Of a DNA stretch of 64,000 bases, positions 32,735-51,499 are shown piece by piece. Location of the stretch: the NCBI GenBank assembly GCA_046563655.1, contig CM102286.1, forward strand, positions 4,464,001 through 4,528,000. The letters are read 5' to 3'. Each line of letters opens with the position of its first letter. The first letter of the stretch is position 1. The notes under the pieces are model-generated. The model searched no databases. It was not told the origin of the DNA and worked only from the letters and a program-made list of their open reading frames with translations. Made by a program: the position numbers and the translations under genes. The stretch comes from Yuukianura sp. NJ FZ-2021. Taxonomy: Eukaryota.

Positions 32735-34578
32735 ATGAAGAGTGGCCAAGACTTTCACCGGCCGGACGTTTTGCTTCCTATCGAACTGGAATCATACGTC
32801 GATGCCCTTGAAACTTCAACTTTTGAAGAACTCGGTTCAATCAGGTCAAACATACAATATTTTAATAAACTGCATTTCACATCACTTTCAAAAATGCCTT
32901 GATTTTATTGGTTTGGCTATTTCCAATTTTCAGTTGGATTGAAAAGCATGACCGAATTGAAAAACTGACTTTACAAGCAATCGTCCAAGCTTTGTCGGAT
33001 CGAGAGGAAACAGTCAAGGAAATGCTTGTTTCACGGGACAAGGTCACTTCAATTCCAAATTTTATAAAAATTCTTTCAATTTCAAACTGACAATTCTGAA
33101 AATTTGAAATAGCTCAAGTATTTGGTTCACGATTTAATCCTTACTGAGCTATGGAGAGAAGTCATTTTTCCAGAACTTTTGAAAGCGAATCCGAAATGTA
33201 CGTTTGGAATCTACACTGTTCTGTACCATGAAGCCACTTGCGTCAACCTCATCGAAACGGTGCTGTTCCACGCAGAAGCAGCAGAAACGCTGGGTGATGC
33301 TGCACTGGATCTTGTCGACTACTGTTTCCGTTCTCTGAACTGGCTTATGACAAGGTATAACATTAAAACTTAAATTTCAAAAACAAAAAACTTCAAAATT
33401 TTAAAAACATTATTCGTTTATAGACCAGAAGTAGATGCCCAAGACGAAATGGATCCCATGGACACAGACTTACTCAAGCAATCCAATTCGATTTTATTTC
33501 GAATTGCTTTCAAAACGCTCACTTGTCTTCGCTACATTATTGAAAACATTGACAAGTTAGTAAAAGCTGAAAATCTTCTATGAAATAACTTTTTTGAAAT
33601 TCTCTTTTCCGAAAGCAAACATTTTTTGAATCTGTAGAATCCATAGCAGTGTCGTGCCAAGATTGGTTGTGAGCGCAGACGCACCAATGTTGCTCACCGA
33701 AGTTCTACTCCAGCGTCCCTGGATCAGCGTCCAGAAAGATACGGAAATGATCTACGATGGAGACGAACAGCGCTGGACTCCAAACGACACTGGAAACAAA
33801 ATGGTTGGAAAAATTGAAGGTCAAGCTTGGCTGGCTCTCTATCAACGTAAATCCAAAAAATTCAACTTTCGAAAAAAAAATTGTTAAGCTTCAATGTGCT
33901 CATTTTCAGTATTCAAGCACAGCCGAGTCATCTCGTCTTATGAGATACACAATTACAGGAAGAGTCAGTTGATGAAACTACGACCGAAACTTCACCAAAT
34001 GACGCTGGACCAAATTCCAGTTCTGGAAGAGTTCAGTCGATGGCTAACTGACGTGTCCATTGCAACTGGACCAATTGGACCCTCAAAGTCACCGCTTATT
34101 CTGGAAATGTTGCCTCCGTTTAGAACTGCACTGGAGACGGAACTGAAGAACAAAAAAGACGAAATCATGAATTTGCAAATGTCGGAACTAGTGAACACAT
34201 CGCAAGATACAATGACTGAGAAAGCACGACGGTAAAGTGTAGTCTGCGTTCAAAACTAACAACATAACTAAACTAATTTGTTTCTATACTCAGGTTGGCC
34301 AGCACTTACGATTTTGAAGCATTCGAGGCAATTCTACCCAAATGTGCCAAATGTGCTGCCTGCGGAGATGTCGCCAGTAAGCGTTGTGGAAGATGTCGTA
34401 ATGAGTGGTACTGCAAGAGGTAGTGCTCCAATTAACTTTCCGTTTTTAACAGTATCAACATTTTAACAAATTTTTTTGAATTTTAAGGGAATGTCAAGTG
34501 AAACATTGGCCGAAACATAAGGCAGTGTGTCAGCTGACTTGTGATGGAGACAGCGGTGAGCAGGACAATTCTGCTTAA
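32735..34578 (+). CDS. ZMYND10: Zinc finger MYND domain-containing protein 10 (axonemal dynein assembly factor)
   Basis: LVHDLILTELWREVIFP, YTVLYHEATCVNLIETVLFH, LDLVDYC, GKIEGQAWLALYQ, LDQIPVL, and C-terminal MYND finger [37 protein letters not shown]; stop at 34576-34578. Confidence 0.92.
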
Positions 34579-35690
34579 TCGTCTTACGTTTCATACTAAC
34601 ACCGAATATCACAAATCATAATTCACACAAGTAAAATTATTTAAAAAAAAGTTTTCCACTTTCTACATTAAAGGTCGACTGATTTAGTTTTACAAATGCT
34701 ATCATTATTTTTTATTTGTGTGTCTTATATTTACAGTGTATCGATTGATGCGCAATGTTAGCAGGATAATAATTAATTGAGCTTGTTTAGCTTTAAGTAA
34801 GCGCACTTTGAGGTTTGACAAGAACACAAGATCAGTGTTGCTAACCTTTAAAAGTGAAAGGTTTTACCTAGTAAAAGCAGAAGTTTACTGCCACAGCGTC
34901 ACAGTGCTTTGTTCGTTGTTCTGTTTTGAGCACATGATAGTTTCTGTTATCTACAAATATTTTAATTATTTAATTCTAAAGTGGACATTTATTTTTAAAA
35001 AGGTCCCAGAATTTCTACATCGTCATCAACATTTACGATGTTAACATAATTTGCAACCGGCTGTAACCAAGTATATGATGATGATAACACGTATCAATTT
35101 TTGTCACTACATTTTCGACACTCACCACTATAAAATGCTACAAACTAAAGGCAAGTTTTTCAAGGCGTCGTAATTGTCCAGTTCTACTTGCGTAGATACT
35201 TCCCTTCCAGCAGTCGAGCAGTCAATACTTTCTCCGGAAAATGCTAAACCCGTTAATACTAAAAGTAAACAAAATTTTCTCACGTAAATGATTCGAAATT
35301 GAATTTAAAGCTTAAAAAACTTACCGTTAGTTAGTTGTATTTGTAAAGTTATGAAACTTACGCAGAAGGGAATCTCAAGAAAAACACTGGCTCTTAAGAT
35401 GCAGAAGGTTCTGTTTCTACATTACTCATCAGTTTCTTCCTCCGAATATCATAAATCATACTTTACTAATTTATTTTCAAAAAATATACTGCAACAATAA
35501 ATGAACAACTTGCTGAGTTTGGAGACGAGGAAAGTTAAGTTATGTCACATAACTTAACTTTATAACATAACTTATGTGCATGAGCATCTGACAGTTAAGC
35601 GTTGTCAGTCTAATAACTCTTGTAACACTACTGAATCCGAACGCGTTAGTTAAGGGAAAATAATTTAGTGGCGGAGTGTGACTTGTCGTC

Positions 35691-42069
<6,379 letters not shown>

Positions 42070-42695
42070 TATTGAAAGTGTAATTTAGTATGCTGCATGT
42101 AGAACTCGTGGTGAAACGGTGAAAGTGTTCTCATCTCATCTCGAATCTCTTCTCTCCTACTCAGACAGCGAGAGTGACACTGAACCCTGAAACAAATACA
42201 AAGAGGTCAAAATGTTCCTGCTTGGTTACAAGCTTCATTCCTTTAATCTAGATTATTTAAACTTATTATTATTGTTATTAGTAATCTTTATGATCAATGG
42301 AAGTATGGAAATGAACTTACAGTTACAAGAAATGTGAGTTACGAGTACGAGATACACTTTGTAATAACAAAGTGTGTCACGTCAAAAATAGGTTTTACGC
42401 CGTCCACGTCTTTGGTAGGGTACATGTGTGAAATCGGGGTCAGATCTAAGCTAGTCGTACCAAAATAAAGATGTTCACTTACGAGTTAATAATCTGAGAA
42501 TTAACTGACCTTCGTACTGATTGATTGCGATATTGTGAATTGGAAAAGTTGACAATCAGCTGAGCTGTGGCATAATCTCGGTTTGGTGTTCGGGTGGGTA
42601 TTGCAAAACAAAACAAACCAATACCAAATTAAAAAAAGAAAACTCAAAACTTTCGCGCCAAACATTCAAAATTGTGATTTCGAATAGCTTTTGTA

Positions 42696-44847
42696 TATGG
42701 GGGGAGTTTTGCTGATAAACAACAGGATTTTTTCCGCAACAGGAATAGCAAAAAACGGGCAATTCCTGTTGCAGAAAATCCTGTTGCGTCAAATCGTGAC
42801 AGGCAATTTCTGTTGCGAAAAATCCTGGTAGCTAATTCCTGTTGCGAAAAATCCTGGTAGCTAATTTCTGTCGCGAAAAATCCTGGTAGCTAATTCCTGT
42901 CGCGAAAAATGCTGACGTCTAATTTCTGTTGCGAAAAATGCCGACAGTTAATTCCATGTAGAAAATCCTGGTCCTCACTTTCTGTTGCAAAAAAATTGAG
43001 ATGTGTTTTTGACACCAGGAATCGAGATGTGTTTTTACATCCAGGAATATTGCTCTGCTTTACCAAGAGATGGCGGGAGCTGCACCAAATTGAATTTTAC
43101 TTGCTTTATCATTCTGATTCTCATTTCACTCAATCAGTAGAGCTACGCCTGCGCAGTAGTATCAAACTACAAAACGGGTAGCGCTACCCTTTTCGTCATC
43201 GTTTAACGTTATAATTAATTGAGAAAATAGCAATGGCAAAGGTCAAGAGCATCTTTCGTATGTCAAAATGTCAAAATTAGGTAAGGTTATGTGTACTGCA
43301 CCGTATTGAATTCTTACTTGCTTGTCTAACTCACAGAGATATAGGAGAGACTTTTAGAAGTTTCTCAAAAATACAAATTCTGAAAACCAGAAACGATTTT
43401 TAATAATGAAAATTGATTTTTGGCACTTCGCTTCTTTGGTGACGAACGCAAAAAAAAATTATCCCGCACTTGGGATTGAACTCATGCTGAGCGAAGCCGA
43501 CCTTCTTTGAGGAAGTCGCTCTCTCCACTCCACCAAAGCTAGGTTAAGAAGGAATCACACATGGCAACGGTGGGTCTCGTTTCGCCTTAAATTAATTAAC
43601 TTTGACGCCTAATTAGAAGTCACAGGTATAACGTAGAAATGTCTACAAGGGCTCTAAAAATTCGTCATTATCTGTAGAATGCAGAGCCTTGAACCAAACT
43701 TGAATTTTTGTTGTGAAGTGATACTAAAAATTGAATACAAGGTTCAATTTTTTCTACGCGTCGAATGATACCAAAATTCGGGAATTTGGTCAAGGCGGCT
43801 TAAGCGCCATGGTCTTCCGGATTTTTAGACACCTCAAACACATTTCTAGGTCTTATAATGAACATCTAATTAGCAAAAGTAGATGAAATTCTGAGGTAAT
43901 TTACAAATTTGCAAATGTCGGCAATGAAATTAGCCGTTTCCATGGGAACATGTTGATTGTTTTGTTCCAGCTTATTTGATTTGTTGTACCCGGAAAAACT
44001 TTGATTCGTCAACCATTCAAAACAGTGCCGACTTTTGCACGTTTGAGCAGTGATTTTGCTTGGTTACTAACGGCAATGACTGACACCAAATCGTAAACAA
44101 ACGCTGCCTCTTACCCGTCCTTAACTGGCCATTGAGGAAAATAAACTCACCCATGAGCTGCAACTTTTCGTTTCGACATTTTTTCAGCTCCGAAAAATGC
44201 GTTTGACCTTTGACGTTTGCCATTGCTATTTTCTTAATTAATTATAACGTTAAACGATGACGAAAAGGGTAGCGCTACCCGTTTTGTAGTTTGATACTAC
44301 TGCGCAGGCGTAGCTCTACTGATTGAGTGAAATGAGAATCAGAATGATAAAGCAAGTAGAATTCAATTTGGTGCAGCTCCCGCCATCTCTTGGTAAAGCA
44401 GAGCAATATTCCTGGATGTAAAAACACATCTCGATTCCTGGTGTCAAAAACACATCTCAATTTTTTTGCAACAGAAAGTGAGGACCAGGATTTTCTACAT
44501 GGAATTAACTGTCGGCATTTTTCGCAACAGAAATTAGACGTCAGCATTTTTCGCGACAGGAATTAGCTACCAGGATTTTTCGCGACAGAAATTAGCTACC
44601 AGGATTTTTCGCGACAGAAAATGACTGTCAGGATTTTTCGCGACAGGAATTAGTTACCAGGATTTTTCGCGACAGAAAATGACTGTCAGGATTTTTCGCA
44701 ACAGGAATTAGCTACCAGGATTTTTCGCAACAGAAATTGCCTGTCACGATTTGACGCAACAGGATTCTCCGCAACAGGAATTGCCCGTTTTTTGCTATTC
44801 CTGTTGCGGAAAAAATCCTGTTGTTTATCAGCAAAACTCCCCCCATA
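42696..44847. mobile_element. Non-autonomous foldback-type DNA element, about 2.15 kb, with long modular inverted arms
   Basis: Arms 42696-~43240 and ~44215-44847 are near-identical inverted copies starting TATGGGGGGAGTTTTGCTGATAAACAACAGG. Each has a 29-bp tandem array (3 vs 6 core units). TTTGTA flanks both ends as a direct repeat (alternatively ATAT if the element starts at GGGGGG). No transposase ORF. Confidence 0.88.
43450..43540 (-). other. tRNA-derived Pol III promoter-like cassette (A box, B box, oligo-T) inside the foldback element
   Basis: Minus strand reads GCTTTGGTGGAGTGG (A box)...GAGTTCAATCCC (B box)...TAATTTTTTTTT. The cloverleaf is incomplete, so it is not called a tRNA. Confidence 0.5.
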
Positions 44848-45529
44848 TTTGTACATCGACGATATGCTATGTTTAGAAACGTTTTTCAATTCCGTGTGCC
44901 TAATTTGCTACTTATTTAAGTAGTCAAACGTTAATACATTTTGTGCTCATAAGATCTGAAACCTCTTAGAAGGGTACATTATTCGAATCAAAAATTCAAA
45001 ATTAAAAAGCCAATTTTAAATAAATTGCAGTACAATGTTTTTGCCACCAAGCGATTTTGTAGCCCTGCGGCTGTTTCGTGTCCTCTTGTCCAATCACAGC
45101 AATTGTTTTTGTTGGGGTCTGAGTTATCTGATTTATCTGACTATTCCCTGCCCCCGGCCGAATTTGCATCTTAAAAATTATTGTTACGTTGTTAATTGAA
45201 ATAACATTATTGAAAGAAATCCAAGCGCAGTGAAGTCACTCCGTTTTGTTAGTTGATAGCTAAACTGAATTGATAAGGGCACGGACGACAGCTACACTCG
45301 GAGCAGAGGTAAGCAATGATGAATTCTAAATTTCTTAAACAGAAAACTTGCTGGAATAGCCAATGGCATAATGGCAATGTACTGAAAAGAAATTTACCAA
45401 ACACTACTTAGGTAGGTAGTTACTATGATTTAGGTAGTAATGATTTGGGCATATTCTTTAGGTTGACACGGAACCATTGCCAGCTACTCGCCCTCCTTTG
45501 CTCTGGAGAAAATGTTTTGAATAAGAACA

Positions 45530-48500
45530 ATGTTCGGAAGTAAAATGAAAACAACTTTTCGGTTATGCTCTCGTAGTTCACCTAGCATTAGCTGGACGCT
45601 AGGTCCAGTGCTAAGCGGATTGGGAAACTACACTGCGCTTTCAAATCAGCGGTCGTTTGAGCTACCATGGATCGAACACCTAGAGACCCTTTCAATTACT
45701 TCAGTCAGGCGATTTTCTGCTCAAGCTGAGAAGTCACTTACTACTACCAAGCCTGAGGACGAGGAAGAGGAGACGTCTCAGTCGTTACCAGTACCAGTAC
45801 CAAAGAAACGAAATACAAAGATTATTAAGTTGGACCCAGAGGACTACAGGCATACGGCTGTGGGAAAGAAGAGGCCTCCATTACTTACACGCCGAGGTGA
45901 AGCACCGACAATGTGGAGTATGGTCAGCTTTCGAATCAAGGATGAACCAGGAAGGCATATTGACGATTTAGCCAAGCTTCAAACTAAAATTGATTTGCGG
46001 CCGTCAGCTATTAAGCAGATCCTGGCTGCTGCTGAAGCGGAACGTGATATAAAAGAGCAAACGTGAGTATTTAAGGGTAAAAATACTACGGTGTTCCTTT
46101 ACTAACGAAGTTCACGGGTGCTTTTTTTTCTGTTTTTAGTTACAAGGAAGAACGAGTTAAAATTTTAGGGAGGGATTTAAGCGCTGCTCACTTCATTGTT
46201 GCTCGGAAAGGTCGTGTTCGGTTTATGGGTTATAATAGTTGGATCTCAACGTATCAGCGAACGGATGACCCGGCAGACGAACTTAGTGATGTCCCGTCAC
46301 TTAGGAGTGATCCTGAAAATGCACATATACACTATAACTGTACGTTGCCTGTGAGGTACGACCCGAACTTTCGTGTTGAAGCACTTGACGCTAACGGGGT
46401 GCAAGTCCGGTATGAAGGTCTAGCTAATTTAGGTAAGCAAATAATCACAACACCTAACGTTAGGTTAGTATTTGGACGATGATGATGACAGGTTTTAGAT
46501 TCACAGCATTAAGTTGTCACAAGCTGCGCTAATCTATTTCTGTTTCATTCTGGATTCAGAAGGGCTAAACTACTTGAAATGGCTAAGCTTCCGAGACAAT
46601 AAGTTCCTGGACGACTGGGGCTTGGACAGGATTTTCTGCAACCATGGAGACACCTTGGAGTATTTGGATTTAAGTGGATGTCCAGGCATTACTCTATGTG
46701 GACTCTCAGCTCTGAAAAGAATCAAGTAATTGTGCTAAGAAATTACCGAACTAACGGTTCCATTTGTAATATGGTCAAAAATAATTTGCTCAAAAAGGGT
46801 AAAAAGTGGGAAGATCAAACATAAAACCTAGCCTAACCAAACCTAAAACCAGAGCTAGAAGTTAAATATTTAACTTTTAGGCTAAAAGCTAAAAAAACTT
46901 AAATAAATTTAAATAAACCCTAAACTAAAAAAACATTCAAGTTAAAGAAATAAAGTTAAATAAATTTTTTATGGTTTATTTAAATTTATTTAAGTTTTTT
47001 TAAATAATTTAATTAATTTAAGTTAATTTAAGTTAATTTAGGCTAAACTAAATTTTGTATTTCAAAATTTAAGAAGCCGCAGGAGAGGCATTTAAGGCGT
47101 GGGAGAACTTGTAAATTTTGAAACTTAACTATACCGGCTGGTTGGAGTAAACTTTAATAGTGCTAATTGTAACCTCTCAACTATTACGAAGTGGAATTGG
47201 GTTTACTGGGAGCTACAATGAGCACTACTGAAGTGTTCCTCACTCCAACCAGCCGAGAAACTTACAAGTCAGTGTTGCTGGACGCTTAAACGTCCAGTGG
47301 GTTAATTGCCGCTTCCACTGGATATCCACTGGAAGAAATGCAGCCGAAATGGATGAAATTTTAGTGGATGGAAGACATTAAGAACTTAGCGCCAAATTCA
47401 AAAAAATTCAAATTTAAAATTACAAAATAATATAAAAAATGGTGGCTTTTATCGCTAATATTAATTATTTATTTAAAACTCATATAAAACATATTTCCTT
47501 CGTTTTTTACGGTATTTTTAATTGTTTAAGCTTTTTGCATTTAATTAATTCAAACCTCGCGTGCAAAGGTCCGCTCCTTTGAATTCATCCGTTTCGTCGA
47601 TTTCTTCCACTGGCTATCCAGCCGTGGATGAAATGTCGAAAAACTGGATACCCACCAACTAGACGGCGTAACCATCTACCTGGTGGTTATACTAACCTTT
47701 CTGCTATCGTTACCACCGGGTAGCATTAAAAACTATTTCATTGTAACCATCCCTTCGCTGGTAACCAAGCGATGGTTGCAATGTGAGGTTGCCAGACTGA
47801 ATGTAATTTGGCATTATCTTACCCACTTTGGCATGTGTTTTATCACATGGAGAGATTTTTCCGATATTTTTCAGTTTATTTAAGTTTCTTTAACTGTATA
47901 GTTAAAATTTAAGGTTTCTTTAGGCTAAGCTTCCGAGACAATAAGTTCCTGGACGACTGGGGCTTGGACAGGATTTTCTGCAACCATGGAGACACCTTGG
48001 AGTATTTGGATTTAAGTGGATGTCCAGGAATTACTCTATGTGGACTCTCAGCTCTGAAAAGAATCAAGTAATTGTGCTAAGAAATTACCGAACTAACGGT
48101 TCCATATGTAGTATGGTCAAAAATAATTTGCTCAAAAAGTGAAAAAGGGTAAAAAGTGGGAAGATCAAACATAAAACCTAGCCTAACCAAACCTAAACCT
48201 ACTATTTGTAACAGTTGACAATTTAACTTTTTTTTTACCTTTTCACTTTTTGATCTAATTATTTTGGCCATTTCACCTGCTTCGAAAATAACACTTAAGA
48301 AGGGAAGAATAATTATTTTTCACCTACTTTTGTCTTCCAGGAACCTCAAGATGGTAGTCTTAGAAAATTTAAGTCACATCAAGGACCTGGGTATGAATGA
48401 AAGTCCTTAAGGATGTAATTATGTAAATTATTATAAATGCAACTAAATATTTAATTCTTTTCCACAGACGTTGTTTGTGCTGTGCTGGAAGATGAAGTGC

Positions 48501-48706
48501 CAGGCCTAGTTTGTGTTGGAGCCGACTTCCCGAAAAAGTTAGAGGAAATGAAGAAAGAAAGTATAGAGCTGGAAGACGAGGCGGCGAGGCGCGGAATAAT
48601 ACTGAGGCTGGAAGGCGGCACATACACAATTGAAGTCCCCCAACAACTTTCAGATGGAGAGGCTACGGTAGAAGAGCCTACGACGACGACAAAGCAGATT
48701 CAATAG
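45530..48706 (+). CDS. DMAC2: DMAC2 / ATP synthase subunit s-like mitochondrial LRR protein
   Basis: Presequence-like N-terminus; ERVKILGRDLSAAHFIVARKGRVRF, LPVRYDPNFRVEALDANGVQVRYEGLANL, and LRRs LKWLSFRDNKFLDDWGLDRI / LEYLDLSGCPGITLCGLSALKRIKNLK. Confidence 0.72.
46581..48197 (+). repeat. About 265-bp direct duplication (46581-~46845 and 47923-~48197) separated by a ~1.08-kb hairpin-rich insert
   Basis: Both copies read GGCTAAGCTTCCGAGACAATAAG...CCTAGCCTAACCAAACCTAAA with few differences, covering most of a DMAC2 exon plus downstream intron. Confidence 0.93.
48112..48271. mobile_element. MITE-like element with ~45-bp imperfect TIRs and internal CCTAA motifs
   Basis: ATGGTCAAAAATAATTTGCTCAAAAAGTGAAAAAGGGTAAAAA pairs with TTTTTTACCTTTTCACTTTTTGATCTAATTATTTTGGCCAT. 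The upstream duplicate at about 46771-46845 contains only the left half. Confidence 0.6.
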
Positions 48707-49038
48707 TAAACTACGTGTAACCTTAATACAAACGCTATTTACCGCATTTTCTGGACAAACCAGGTTTTACTCATCGCTCGAAGAATCAATCAGAACTGGA
48801 ATCGATTATGTGCAACTTCAGTTAATCTTACAAAGACTGGTGTAGAAGATATCGCAGTTTGCTGTAATGTAATCAAAAGGGGAAAGGGAACCTTGTAAAC
48901 CTCACCGGCAAGGTCATAAAACTGTCCATTTCGTGCTCAAACATCGCAATTAGAAAACATGGGAGATACAAAGACTTACTTTTGCATTAGGCATGAGTTT
49001 GCGTTCAATAGTAAACATGAGTGGATTCGGAAACGTTA

Positions 49039-51156
49039 TTATGAACCCCATCCCTTGAAGAACGAGGTAACAGAAGCCATGATTCCTCCATTTCCAGAAG
49101 GATTGGACCTGGACCGGAGGAAACTATCGCTTTGAGGCTGATACGAACTCTGGAAGTACGACTGATTGTTGTGGGCTGTCATGCTTTCAGCACTCATCTC
49201 TTCTGTTATGGTTCCGCGTTGGACGTTTTCCCAGTCAGAAGGGAAGTTACTGTCACTCCAGTCTCCTTCCGACTCTGAGGAATCCTCTTCATAGATAACC
49301 AAATCTTTTTCAATTGATTGTTCCATGGATTTCGCCAACTGCGATGCCACTTCGAAGGGACCACGGCTACAAACAGTAAATAACTCAATCAATTCAAAAA
49401 GTGGTAGATTCGACTTCAATATTTTTTTATATGCAACTCACCGGCCAAGATCAGCAAGAGAACCGTCAAAGAGAAGCAGTAAATTGGGTAATGTTCGCCT
49501 AGGTTGAATATGATGATGAGGCACGGCTTGTGAGGCACAGAGATGGATAATATTTGCATTCAGTTTAGCCACTTTCCGATAGAATTTCCCTCCGATTAAG
49601 TCTCCGTTTGTAAATTCACTGGAAAAACGATATTTTAAAATTACTCTTTCCCAGTATCTTATTCCTGACATTGTTTGAACCTAACCTGTACGATAATCGA
49701 TGAGGCAGTCGTAGGTCCAAGTAATAAGCAATCAAATTAACAAACTGGGTCGTATAAGTTAAGCCAGAGTCAATAGAGTGCGCAGGATTTCTTGTGGTGC
49801 CATGGCCAGTCGACTTATCCAGTCCTTTGTTTGCTGAAAGAAGGAAATGTTAGTTGAAACTGGAAGTATAATGTAACCGACATAAAACTGGCGTAATACT
49901 AAATGTTGCTTGTTACCCCATTCTGTGTAAGCCGAATAATCGCCGTTTGCAGGCAGCGTGGGACCGTGCGGAGCGGGAATACAATGATGCAAGTTCTGCT
50001 GAGAATTCTCCGTCGTATTTGGCAGGATTACACCCTCCAATTTTCCACCATACTGACTTGTTGCAGCCATCAGAGCACAAACAGTGTCATCTTCTTCGTC
50101 AACGTCATCCCATAAGTCTGCATACAATCCATCGTTTTGCACACTGCAAACAGATCAATTTAACACTACAAACTGAAACAACTTATTAGTATATACGTGT
50201 AATGAAAATGAGAGATTTCATACACCGTTTGCCTTGGAGTTGGAGGTGTTGAAACCGAAAGAAGAGAATCGCGGGTGGTCTGCTCAATGGGGAAAACGTA
50301 TTCTTTAAGTTGGAGAATTCTTGTTTTTGTAACACTTTGCAAATATTCCTTCCGTCCTTGAATGTGGAGGTAGTACTTGTTTAGTTTCGAAATTTTGTGA
50401 CGGTGTTGAAGCAACATATTGTCCAAGCGACTCCTATACAGGGGCCAATTCTTGGTCTTCTCAAGAGTCGACTTCTTAGTCGCTTCCGCAGTACGGTCGG
50501 CTAGAAATAAGTTATACTACAATCTTGTAGGTGCAATTTGTTCCGGTAATGTTCTTACTTACCTTCCGCAATTCTCGATTCTAGCGCAGCTTTCAGCTCT
50601 TTTAGTAAAGCGATTCGATTTTCCGAGGCTTCTATTTCGTTCATCTGCAAACGAATTCAAAATATTCTGTAAGGGGCAGAAGTATTAGGTTAAATAATTT
50701 ACTAGTAGGTTAATGACATAACAAACTAACAATTTTGGCCATTTCTTCCTTTTTCCGAGTATATTCCTCACATTTGTCAATTATTGCAGTTCGATGGTGT
50801 TGACGCTCATGTAGTTTCAGCTTGAGCACCTCGTACCTGAGCAAGTCATTACGATTACGCAAAAGAACACAAGCAATTTAATAAAAACGATCTGTCTGTT
50901 GTACAAAGTCTGAAACTTACTTTTCGTGGAGTCTAGGAATAATTGGCGAAGAATGGCGAAAATTATGTGCACGTAAGCAATCAGTACATGTAAATTGTTC
51001 CTTGACTTTTCTACACATCGGACATTTGAAAGATGTCCGTAGCGTGTCAAAGTTGAACTGATCACAGTCATCATCAGAATCTGAAGAAGGAATTTGAAAG
51101 TCCACAGGGGGTTCCTCATCTGGATAGCTTGAATAGCCTTCGCGTATAAACGCCAT
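49039..51156 (-). CDS. Atg14: Beclin 1-associated autophagy regulator Atg14
   Basis: N-terminal CPMC...FTCTDC, coiled-coil region, LKEYVFPIE, PTLPANGDYSAY, AKLNANIIHLCASQ, DWENV, and terminal amphipathic helix IMASVTSFFKGW (BATS-like). Confidence 0.87.
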
Positions 51157-51499
51157 TACTCCTTGTTAACCTGTAAAACGATCATACATCGAATAAGTTA
51201 TTACAATACAGATAGGAGATGACTAATTAATAAGTTTAGTAATGTAAATACTCGTTGGGAATACATTACCCGAATACCTTGAAAAGCCACCACCACCGTT
51301 TAGTTGTTAGCGCTGCTGGAAAGACGAGTAAAAGCCTACGAATGAATTTAACATTATTCCTTGGTCAAGTTCGGTAATTCGATTTCCAATATAAGTTCAC
51401 GTCCATTAATTGCGTAAATATATTATACAGTAATGAATAAGAATTGTTTACCTTCTTTTTCTATTTTGGTCCTAATTTTCTTGTTTTTTGTGCTGAATG

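Noticed and set aside
34860..35450. Possible small minus-strand gene between ZMYND10 and ABCC10 (splice-like signals, fragment PVANYVNIVNVDDDVEILGPF)
   Set aside because: I could not assemble a consistent open multi-exon frame. It may be 3' UTR or a non-coding transcript; RNA-seq is needed.
43460..43540. Functional tRNA-Sec or opal suppressor (TCA in the loop)
   Set aside because: The stem pairs only with a 6-nt loop, and the acceptor stem does not form. Kept only as a tRNA-derived cassette.
42909..44547. Identical 90-aa ORFs on opposite strands (42909-43181 + and 44275-44547 -)
   Set aside because: They result from the inverted arms of the foldback element, overlap the 29-bp array and have no recognisable domain.
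44550..44730. 29-bp repeat arrays as a CRISPR array
   Set aside because: Units are directly adjacent with no unique spacers, there are no cas genes, and the context is eukaryotic.
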